Assembly: GCA_017654855.1 (NCBI GenBank)
Contig: CM030333.1
Location: 3,410,001-3,474,000 of the forward strand
DNA length: 64,000 nt
DNA from: Podospora anserina
Taxonomy: Eukaryota
Direction: 5' to 3'
Position 1 is the stretch's first letter. Each line of letters begins with the position of its first letter. A model generated the notes under the pieces. The model saw only the letters and a list, made by a program, of their open reading frames with translations. It had not been told where the DNA came from and ran no database searches. Position numbers and translations under genes: made by a program. Of the stretch, positions 12,300 through 22,276 are shown one piece after another.

Positions 12300-14150
12300 T
12301 CAACCCCTGAGAGCGACCAGAACAAGACTCGTTGCCAACGCCGGCAGTCCCTCGTCAACCACCAACTTCTCCCCTTCCACCTTCCACCCCTTCACATCCC
12401 CCCACAAAACCCCCTCCACCGTCGTCACATTCGTCCCCCCCAAATCCACCTCCACCCTCCCTTCCAAATCCGCATACCCCCCATTCACCACCCCAACCAA
12501 CCCCTTCTTCTTGTCTCCATCAACCCACACCGCCGCGTCGACGACCTCAACCCTCTCATTCCCCCTCACCCTCGTTCCCACCCCCCTCGGCCCCTCGACT
12601 TGATCACCCCCCACAACAAACCCCCTCACCATCCCCCCCGTCACAACCTTGGCCAACTGCCCATGCGCCTCCGCAAGGACAGTGCTCGTCGGCCAAAGCC
12701 AGCTTATGATCCCCTTGGCACCATGGTTAAAAGCCAAAACATTCATCGCGTGCTCCTCCCCCACGGTGGGGTCCCTCAGCCAGTAATCCTGCCCGTGGAA
12801 ACTTTGGGGGTTGTGGAATTTTGTCTTGGGCCAGAGGCCGAGCCAGCGTTCGTGCTGGCCCAAAGTGTCGAGGCGGGAGGGGACGTCCTGGACGATGCCG
12901 AGGCAGTTGTCGCAGCCGCAGTCGCCGTGGGTGAGGTTGCAGGCGGTGTTCCATTTGGAGAAGGTGGCGTTTATGCCGATGGGGTAGACGTCTGACATGA
13001 GGATGTCGGCGCCGGAGCTGTACTGGGCGAAGTGGTAGTTTTGGCAGTTTAGGGTGACGACACTGGGGTGGTACGGGTCCAGCTCCCGGATCTTGGATCG
13101 GGCGGCGACGGGGAGGTGGAAGGGGTCTTGCCAGCCGTCCGGTCTTCGTGCTGTAAGCATAGAAACGATGGGGGGTTTTCGAAAGGGGGGTTAGGTACAT
13201 ACTCATCCGCGGTCCAGTACGCAAAAAGCCCCTCCTTGCCCCTCGCCCGGAGAACGTTCTCCTCGACATAGCTCAGGTTCTTGTACCCATAGCGGAGGTT
13301 GTACATGTATTTCAGATCAATTCCATCCATGTGACTCAACACCTCCGGAATCTCGGCCCAACTGGCCAGGGGCACCATCCCCGTGAGCCCCAAGTCTCGG
13401 TACGCATCGATCAGCTTGGTGTCGTTTTCTCGTAGGAAGTTGTCGTGCGAAGCGTAGAACCCATACGGTAGGTACGGCTCAAAGGTATTGTTCGAAGCGG
13501 CGTTCTTCACCCAAAGCCCGCCTTTCCAGCTGTCGATCCGGGTGATGCTCCCGTTTGTTTTATCCGGCAAATACGAGACGTTGGCTGTTGCCGTCCAACT
13601 TGGCTGACCTGACTCCGGGGCGCCGTAGAGAACGACCGGGTAGGGCTCGAGTCTGGGGGGGCCGAGATGGGAAAGGTTGAACGGGAAGCGGTTGCCTGTT
13701 GTGTTGACTGGAACAGTTGCTTGAACCAAAGGGGCGTCGGTCTCGACTGAGTTGATGGAGAAGACGAGCCTGCCGGCCCACCGGGTCGTGGAGTTGGTAG
13801 GCGGCCAGATGGTGCCGTGGTACGGGGAGAAGGCAGCGTTGACGACGAATTCACCGGTTGTTTCGGTGGACACGTAGAGGCTGTATCGGGGCTGGAACTG
13901 GACGTGGAGGAGAGGGCAGCCGCAGGGATGGGGAGGGGGTTCGACTGTCTGTCCGCCTGGGTCGAAGTTGGGATACCTGTTGGTGTTAACAATTATCCCT
14001 GATAAGATGTGAGGAGAGAAATTACCCAGCTTCATACACCTTCCCGCACCATCTCGGCCAATCTGGGTTATTTCCCGTCTGTTGAGAATTCACCGGTGAT
14101 ACCAGCAGCACGCACGTCACCACGGTTGTCCATAGCTGTGACCAAACCAT
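12300..14150 (-). CDS. Secreted glycoside-hydrolase-like (TIM-barrel) protein of uncertain family
   Basis: Exons 14150-14026, 13976-13203 and 13143-12300. Signal peptide MVWSQLWTTVVTCVLLVSPVNS; motifs WCGKVY, PYGFY, YWTADEPDG, DILMSDVYP, GDCGCDNC. Confidence 0.72.
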
Positions 14151-14643
14151 CCTGCTTCCACCTTTCCAACCGCGATAACGTTGGTGTCATTGAAGAAGAG
14201 GTGAAGAGCGGGGAAGGCCCGTCTTATGAGATATGCTGTGTGATATTGCCCACATGCAGCCCACACTTTATCCGCGGGCAGGATTCGAGAGACGATCGCG
14301 GGCTGGCGCATCCCGGGTAACACCCGCAAATGAGGAGCTCTTGTCCGCCGGGAGTTGCGACTGTGTGGGTGTAACCTTGCATATCGATCAAAGGGAAAGG
14401 TCCCGTTCCGACCTAAAGTCTCTGTTATCATCCATTGTTCGCTTCTAGGAGTCGGTTGCCATGAGCCGGAAATGCAAATTCATGTCCTCTCCCTGTTTGA
14501 TCTTGTAAATGTTTGGTTGAAGCGATCTAATTCTCAATTATGGGTATCGTTGAAGACATTATCCCCCTTTCTCCTCATGTTCTCGTATCCATTTGTTCTT
14601 TTCCCCCTTTCCCCCTTTCCCCATCCATCACCCCATCATCCCA

Positions 14644-16276
14644 TCACCTCCCCAAATGCCTCCTCTCCACCCACCTCAAAGGCACATACAGCAACCCCGA
14701 CACAACAAAAGCCAACTCAAACCCAATATCCCCCGTCGTCCTCGCAATCGGCCCCGTCCACCACACCTGCGCCATACTCGGCACCACAACCGCAAAGCTC
14801 AACGCCACACTCCCCAGCGCCGCCACCCCCCAAGGTAGCAAACCCGCATCGTTCCACGCCTCAGGATCATACCTTCCACAATCCCCCTTCCTATACACAA
14901 AATGCTCCACCAGCACCACCCCCAAAAACGCCGAACTCCAGTACCCAATCAACGCAAGAAAATTCTCCATGTTCAGAAAGAAATCGTCCGCCGCCGCGAT
15001 GCTAACAGGTATCATGATCGCCACGAGCACAATACTAAACATATACCTGGGCACCTTGAACAGCACCGGCACCAACATCTGGAAGTTGAGCGTGATGCTG
15101 TACGACGTCGCCGCCAGGTTCCCAAGCAGGGTAAAAGCAAGGACAACAACGAGGAACTTCCCGAACCCGCCCGCCGGAGCGAGCATAGCGTCCAGGATGC
15201 CGCCGACAAGCGTCTCGTTGTACTTGTCCTGCCAGGTGGGGTTGTTCGGGATCGCACCACCGACAGCCGCGCCCAACGTCATTAGCAGAATCGTTGGGGT
15301 CGCCAGGCCAAAGTAAGAGTAGCAAAAGATCTTGACAGAAGACGTGTCGGGCTTGAGGTAAGTGGTGAAATCGGATGCGAGGCACGCCCAGGGGACCATG
15401 TACGAAGCCATGATCATGCCATAAGACAGAACAGCGGAGGCTTTGGCCGGTTCGGCAGGGACCTGGTTGGCGAGGTCCCTTCCTCCGCAGCCGGCGGCGA
15501 CGATGATGGCGATAAAGGCCGGGATCCAGGCGTAGCGCTCGTAGATGTGAAGCCACTTGTAGCCGCAGAAGGAGATGACGAGGGTGACGAGGGAGATGAT
15601 GACTATGCCGACTGTGACGGAGAGGTTGCCGTCGGCTACGGCGGAGAGGCATTGGCCACCGATGACGGCGATGATGATGCAGAAGCCGGTCATGGTGGCC
15701 AGGTTGAGGAAGACGGGAATGGAGACGATGTAGCGGCTGGGGTAGCGGTGTAAGTATTTTGTTATTGCGGAGGGACAGGCGGGTAGCTCACCCGAAGCTG
15801 TATCTGGCTTGGATCATTTGTCTCATGCCGGTTTTTGGTCCCAAGGTTGCGAGGTAGGCCGGCAGGAGGGTGGTCAACAGGACGAAGAACAAGATGACAA
15901 GGGAGCTGTCTCTGAGACTGAGCCCAGAGGCAGGTCCGATCATGCCAAAGGCGATACTGTTTGTTCGTTCTCTTGTCAGTTTCTTGTTATTATGTCAAAT
16001 GGCAAAGGGTACTCACGGCAAGATATTAGCATTCATAGACCACCACAACGTGAAAATATTGATCGTCCTATCAACCGTCCTCTCCTTGACAGGAATCGGC
16101 GCCACACCTCTCAACTCAACTCGCCCAAAGACAATGGCCTTGTGAGCAAGATCACGGATCCGAGTCCAAGCGGCAACAGGGCCATCGTTGGTGGTGACTG
16201 CTGTCGTGTTCTTCTCGGTATCAACATCAACACCGTATGGTGGTTTTTCCTCCAGCCTGTCGTCCGTGGTGGCCAT
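14644..16276 (-). CDS. Purine-cytosine permease family (NCS1, FCY2/FCY21/TPN1-like)
   Basis: Exons 16276-16017, 15956-15792 and 15736-14644. Motifs VELRGVAPIP, FTLWWSMN, YERYAWIP, ASDFTTY, ENFLALIGYW, GDIGFEL; about 12 TM segments. Confidence 0.9.
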
Positions 16277-16998
16277 CTCGACTGCTCGTTGATAAGACGG
16301 AAATCTTGGATGAACCTTCAAACTTGGGATGAAACAACAACAAAAAAGACAATATAAAACCAAGATATAAAGTCAACCCAAAAAATGAGTCAACCCTACA
16401 CTGTACGGATAGGTATCAAGCTGAAAAAAAAACCTCTCTTCCTCTGCCGAGCCCAGATCTGCTTGGCTTAGAGCTTCGTCTCTTTGAGGTGCAGGAGTGA
16501 AGATCCAAGACCCCACCTCCACTTTGATAGCTTGGCCCGGGGTGTTTTGAGACTGAGTCACCGTGATCGGGGAGAATGGAGAATGAGACATGGGCTTTTC
16601 TGCTGTGGGACTGGTTTGACGATCGAATTGAAGGACTCGGGCTTGTAGAATATTTTGGCGTGGTGATGAAAGTGCCGAAGGGTAGCATCGGTATCTGTCG
16701 GGAAGTGGCGACAAAAAAACGGCTGCGATGCGACCTCGAGATCTGGACGGCTCCCGCCATTTTTGATGGAGATATCAGATGAACTCTTGTTGCTTGCCAT
16801 GGCTTGACATAAAAGCTCAGGTTTCCAACAAAAAGCCCAATGTAATGGTATTTCTTTTGTTGCTTGTATGGTTGGTTACTTTGATTTGATGTTGACGTGA
16901 CGGGGTGTGTGCGTGTGTGTACCAGGGTTGGGGTTTAGAGTGCGTATATTGCCAGGATCTGGTGATGGAGTAAAGTGGGACAAAAAAGAGAAAAAAAA

Positions 16999-17117
16999 AC
17001 ATACAACACCAGGGATTCCCCAGTGGTCACCCACCTGAGTACTGATCTGGCGATTAGCTGTTTATCTAGGGGAGAGCGGACGGGATCCCGAGCTTTCAGC
17101 TATCTATGGTCGTATGT
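16999..17117 (-). rRNA. Dispersed 5S rRNA gene
   Basis: 119 nt, ACATACGACCATA...CCCGTCCGCTC...AGTA...GGTGGGTGACCAC..GGGAATCC...TGTTGTATGT, followed by an oligo-T Pol III terminator at about 16991-16998. Confidence 0.95.
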
Positions 17118-17206
17118 GATTGTTAGGCTCTGAATCAAACTACATATCTGGAGTCTAAGGTCGTCCATGCTTTCTCAAAGATGCTACATACAAGACCATG
17201 TCAAGG

Positions 17207-19243
17207 CTATTGCAGAACCAGAGCATCGTTTTTGAATACACAATCCCCAGCCTTCATGGTCGTACCGTCAACCTGTACGATGGGCGTGCTTGATGTCAGA
17301 GTCCAGCAGTCCAGGCGCTCAAACGTCTGCACTAAAGCTTCGGCCTGAAGAACGGGGCGAAGGACCAGGAATACAAGCGTGCTTCGGTCGTTGGACTTGT
17401 CGACTTCAGCTAGTAGCAAACAGGTGAATGTATGTTTTCTGTTGCCATCGCTGTTGGCAGGAAAGAACGGCATCAGATGCTCCCGCTCAACTCCAAAAGA
17501 CATGGGCCGTCGATATTGCTCCCTGATCTCGACAGTGTGGAACTCAGTCGTGGCGAGTCCGTCCCCTGGATCACCCACCGCAACAACAGTCAGATCGAAC
17601 AGCCAGCCTGTCACCAACAAACTCTGTGGTAGCTCAGACATTCCCGGCATCGACGACTTCTCAAAGACCTTCCCTCTGTCTCCCCTGCCATCAAAGTCGG
17701 ACCACTGGATGACCTGGCCATCGCGGAAAGCGACATCCACCGATGTGATGTAATGTTTCGAATCCGCCGATGAATACCACCGTTCATCCGTACCAAGATA
17801 AAACGACCCCCCTCCAGTCCTCTTGACCGACCTCCACCCGATCCACGTCCAGCTGGGAAACTCGGGTCGCCGCCTCAGATCACTCATCTTCCACGAGAGA
17901 CTGACGGCAATGGCCGAATTGTTGTTTGGCGTACCCAGATATTCCGGGACATAGATTGGCAGTCCGCAAACCTCATGGATCGGTGTTTGCCAGTTTTGTT
18001 CAGCGTGCTGCAGAATACCCCGGAAAGCATTAAGACCGTCATTGGCGTCTGTCAGATCCCGCGTCATGTAATTCTCAATAAAGCCGTGCAGCTGCTCGAC
18101 GTAATGGAAGCCCGGCCGGCCCCTCCCTTTTCTTTTGCTCGTATCGCCTGCGAACACGTGGAACCACAGCTCTCTTGATGAGTACGAGTATGGGTGCCAG
18201 TATGTACCTACAAGCGCCTCGACAGCTTGTATACACTGGCACTCGTAGAAGACTTGGTGATCGGTAAACACCAGACGCCGGCTGGAGAGAAAGCCCTCCT
18301 GTAAGGTCCAACCGCGGGTAGCCCATTTGGTATGGTGAATGTATCCGTCTGGCTGGGGAATGAGAGTAAGAGTGTGATTTTGGATGTTTATGAAGGGGTG
18401 AGGTAGACGTCTTGTAGTGGTAACGCCTGGCAGTCCATGGTCCGGCCCGTCTCCAGCCGCGGCGATAATGGTGAACTTTGCCGACTGGTAAATCTGTCCC
18501 ATCGCATGGATCTGCTTTTCCCTCTCGTCATTGTCGCCCTGTGGGATGCAGTACCGGTCCACCCACAGATAACGACCCCCCAGATTCCTCACCACCACAA
18601 TGGCATCCGAGATGACCTTTGGGAGGGGCCCAGGGAGGGTCGAGTTTACCGCCAAAGTAGGCAGCCCGCCTGGCGCTGCTCCCCACACGTAGCTCAAGGC
18701 GACATATTCTGGGGGATTACCGTCCAACTGCTTGCCAACTGAAGCCCATGAGACCAACCTTGGCTCTTGCTCTCCGTCCCCAACATCCCCGCAGTCGATG
18801 ACGCGGAGGGTGTCGATATCGTACTTGGAATAATCCCGCATGTAGCCATCTTCACATTGGGAAAACCAACCGCGCAATAACGAGTAGTCAATCCGGTCCG
18901 GTTCTATCAAGCGGCTCCCTGCTTTTTCTTTCTCGGCATCTTGTTTCTCAATGAGGATCACCAGGTCGTGGTCGTCGCGAAGACATGGCGTTCTCCGACT
19001 CCACCTGCCCAGGCGAAGAGATATCTCAGGCACCCCGTCCGCATTGAGATATTCCTTGCAGTCCCCGGTATAATACCGAGCTGCCCGAGCAAAGAAGTTG
19101 CATAAATCGCAGCTCTCGATCAAGTCCGGGGACAAAGTCCGCTTGATCAGTCGCCCATCTTCGTCGGAGAGGTCTTCGGGCTGGGTACTCTGCAATTTGT
19201 CGAAACTGAGCTTTTGGCACGGTCGACAGAGGTGATTAGCCAT
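17207..19243 (-). CDS. HET-domain (heterokaryon-incompatibility type) protein
   Basis: Intronless 678-aa ORF with YVALSYVWG, YLWVDRYCIPQ, MGQIYQSAKFTI, WATRGWTLQEGFLS, FPSWTWIGW and N-terminal CxxC...CxxC. Confidence 0.92.
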   Translation of the reverse strand: MANHLCRPCQKLSFDKLQSTQPEDLSDEDGRLIKRTLSPDLIESCDLCNFFARAARYYTGDCKEYLNADGVPEISLRLGRWSRRTPCLRDDHDLVILIEKQDAEKEKAGSRLIEPDRIDYSLLRGWFSQCEDGYMRDYSKYDIDTLRVIDCGDVGDGEQEPRLVSWASVGKQLDGNPPEYVALSYVWGAAPGGLPTLAVNSTLPGPLPKVISDAIVVVRNLGGRYLWVDRYCIPQGDNDEREKQIHAMGQIYQSAKFTIIAAAGDGPDHGLPGVTTTRRLPHPFINIQNHTLTLIPQPDGYIHHTKWATRGWTLQEGFLSSRRLVFTDHQVFYECQCIQAVEALVGTYWHPYSYSSRELWFHVFAGDTSKRKGRGRPGFHYVEQLHGFIENYMTRDLTDANDGLNAFRGILQHAEQNWQTPIHEVCGLPIYVPEYLGTPNNNSAIAVSLSWKMSDLRRRPEFPSWTWIGWRSVKRTGGGSFYLGTDERWYSSADSKHYITSVDVAFRDGQVIQWSDFDGRGDRGKVFEKSSMPGMSELPQSLLVTGWLFDLTVVAVGDPGDGLATTEFHTVEIREQYRRPMSFGVEREHLMPFFPANSDGNRKHTFTCLLLAEVDKSNDRSTLVFLVLRPVLQAEALVQTFERLDCWTLTSSTPIVQVDGTTMKAGDCVFKNDALVLQ

Positions 19244-19964
19244 TTGCTAAAGTGGAATGTCGCCAATGTCAAATTTCTGAACTGTGAAAAAGGTCAGGTT
19301 GGCATTGTGACACGGAGGAGCCAAGGATTTTTGGTGTGTGTTGGTGCCTGAGAGGCAGCTAAACCAATCAGAGATCTCGCAAATGTGTAAAGTCAGAAAG
19401 ACCTTGCCAAGGTGTTGTTGTAGCTGCTACCTACCTCATTTAGGTATGCAGGACTCCTCTTGTAAAATCGTGATAGTTAACGTAGAGCAGGAAAAAAAAA
19501 AAGGTCTCAGCCTTTTGCTCACCACCTGGTCGACTTCTCTCTAAGCTCACCACGTCGGTTGACATGTCAGCGATGGCGGGCACGTCAACGTATTGCCTGT
19601 GACTGGGAAGAAGATGGCCTCGGAAAGCTTGAGATGAGGGCAAGCACCGAGATAGGGATGGATGCACGGTCTACCTATATACCAGTCTCCTGTCTGATCT
19701 TTCTTTCCGTGTTCATGTTCATCATTCACAGTTCTTTCGTGATACACCAGAACCTTTGTGCTAAAATCTCACCTTCCGAACCAAGCAATGTAGAATATAA
19801 CATAGAAGAAAAGACCCATCCATTATCTTTAAAGGCCTATCAGCTGTCTTTAAATGTCAACCTTTCACCCCTCACCATTAATCCTACATCACAATCTCTT
19901 TTATTCTCGCCCACAAACATAACCGGCCACTTCCCCCTCCCCCTATTAAACCCCATGTCCAGCT

Positions 19965-20834
19965 TCACTCCCCCACAACCCTGTCACACCTAACACTCCC
20001 CCCCCCCTCCCCAACCACACAATCCGTCAACCGTCCCCCCTGAGCAGCCAACCTCACATCCCTCACCCCCGCCCCCTCCGCATTCCTCCTCACCGTCCCA
20101 TTCCCAAACCCAACCTCCAGATTTTTGAAAACCACCCCCCCAAAATCCGCCAACGCAACAGGAAAATCCGGCATCCCCGCCAGCGGAAAATCCTCCACCG
20201 CCCACGCCGCCTCCCCCCCACAAAGCCCACCCCCATCCACCCTCTGAACCCCAACCTGCCTAGCCTTCAACCCCTTAGTGCAGGTCACATTCCCATAATT
20301 CTCAACCTTCACCTCGCTCCCCGTAACCACGAACCGCACCACATCCCCCGCCTTTGCAGAGAAATTCCCAAACCCCATCCCGTCCTCATCAGCAGGTGAA
20401 GACTGGTACCACACCCAAGGAGTCTGCTCCCCGCCTATGGTCCCATCCCAAAAGATATCCACCCCCGCACGGATGAACCTATTGTTGGGACAGAGAGCGG
20501 AAAACGAGTCGATGCCGATGTGGAAGGAGGCTGCGTACAGGCCTACGGTGTTGTTCGCTGTTGGGCCGGTGACGGGCATGGAGGCGTGGGGGATTGTAAA
20601 GGTGGCGGTGACGGAGGCTACTTTTCCTGAGGGGGGGGAGGGGAGATGGGCGCCGCCGAGGGTTGATTCTTCTGACTGGGAGGAGAGGATACGGGCGCCT
20701 TGGGAGGGAGGGGAGAGGGGCGGCTTGTGGAGGAGGCGGATGGGGCGGGTGTTAGTGCGGATGGGGAGGGGGATGGCGGTTGAGAGGGCCGTTGAGGCGA
20801 GGGAGAGGGTTGTGAGGAGGGTGGTGGACTTCAT
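19965..20834 (-). CDS. Secreted glutamic peptidase (G1/eqolisin, Peptidase_A4) homologue, possibly inactive
   Basis: Signal peptide MKSTTLLTTLSLASTALS; motifs VTATFTIP, ASFHIGID, GDVVRFVV, AWAVEDF, LADFGGVVF. Confidence 0.8.
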   Translation of the reverse strand: MKSTTLLTTLSLASTALSTAIPLPIRTNTRPIRLLHKPPLSPPSQGARILSSQSEESTLGGAHLPSPPSGKVASVTATFTIPHASMPVTGPTANNTVGLYAASFHIGIDSFSALCPNNRFIRAGVDIFWDGTIGGEQTPWVWYQSSPADEDGMGFGNFSAKAGDVVRFVVTGSEVKVENYGNVTCTKGLKARQVGVQRVDGGGLCGGEAAWAVEDFPLAGMPDFPVALADFGGVVFKNLEVGFGNGTVRRNAEGAGVRDVRLAAQGGRLTDCVVGEGGGSVRCDRVVGE

Positions 20835-22276
20835 TTTGAGGGAAGGATAAGTATGGTGTGAGTTGTTTGGTGTGTGTTGACTGTTGGTGGGTGTAAGTGG
20901 TGAGTGATGATGCAAGTCAAACGAGTGATGATGCGCCGCCCCCTTGGAAAGTAAATAACCAAAAACTACCAACAAGAAAAACAGAAAACACAAAAGAATT
21001 TTCCAAAAGTTCAAAAAGAAAAAGAAAAAAAATACGACAGGGGAAAATCCCTTTAAACAAAACGAAAAAGGATCTCTCGGGTGTGTGTGCCTTGCAGATC
21101 TTCCTCTTTGGTACAACAACCAGGGAGGGGTGCATGTCATGGTTCGCCCCCCCCTTTTTATAGGGTACCACATTCCCCCTTTTTTATTCCCCGCCAAAAG
21201 GGCGACAATCAATTCCAAACACAGCAGCAAACCTACCAATCAACCCAACCCAACACACTGCCCGTTTTCTTTTGTTCCATTGGTTATGGTAAAAACTCGC
21301 TGGCAAAATCGTTCAAACCCATCAATTGGCCCCCTCCCCCTCCCCTACCACCCTACCACTCCCCCAAGCCCAAATTCTCCGATCCTTGGTAGTGCCGTTT
21401 TCTAAGTCGTGGCCTGGTATCCAACGGCGCAGCAGGCACAAACGGCGTGGCACAACACTAGCTGTGCTCTTGATCAACGCTCTCACCCAGTAATCAATCA
21501 ACCCTCACTCTGTGCACGGCTCGGTAAAAAGCCGTGCTACAATCTCGTCCTGTCGGTCTTTTGCCAATACGAAGTCTTCTCGTTTTCTAGAAAGATTTTT
21601 TTAATATATGTATATATAAAAGAAAAGGCGCGGAAAAGCAAGCCACTTTTTTCCAAATCAGTCTTCTAGTCTCTCCCTCCCCTGTCACCCCAAAAATCGC
21701 GTGTGCTGCTGCATGTCTTGTGCGACCCGCGTAATGCGCAAGCTGCAGCTACGCGGCGCCCGTTGTATATACACGGGCTGTCTTCATGCAAGGTACCGTC
21801 TTTTCTAGCCGGCTTACCGCTCGTGCCGCTCGTGTCAAACTTCGTATGTTCTTCCGTTCCCCGAGCTTCATTCGGTGAGAGAAGGGTCCGGTGTACGGTG
21901 AGCTGAGAAGCCCCGATGATGACCACCGGCTAGAATATCCAAAGGCAAAAAGGGCCACGCCAACACATTGTACAAAACCACCCCCCGAGAAACCGAAAGG
22001 ACGCGAGAAAGCCTCCGTTCCTCGCACAAGGTTCTCCCCTCCTCCTCCTCCTCCTCCCCCAAAGGCTGTGCATGTGTAAGAGCATAAAACCTGTCTTTGT
22101 GATGCAAACAAATAAACACAACACAACACAACAGTCTCCTGTCGTACAACATCATGCAATGTATAAGCAAAGCTAGATAAAAACAACAGCATCAAAACAG
22201 TATCCACAAGTTCAGCTGATGCCAACGCTTTCTTTTTGTCTCGCAACACAAAACATATACCAAAGCCCTTCAGAGC

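Noticed and set aside
16280-16990. TPP riboswitch upstream of the permease
   Set aside because: The conserved TPP aptamer core words were not found.
20835-21239. 135-aa upstream extension of the G1 peptidase ORF
   Set aside because: Non-ATG start and low-complexity T-rich promoter sequence. The signal peptide begins at the ATG at 20834.
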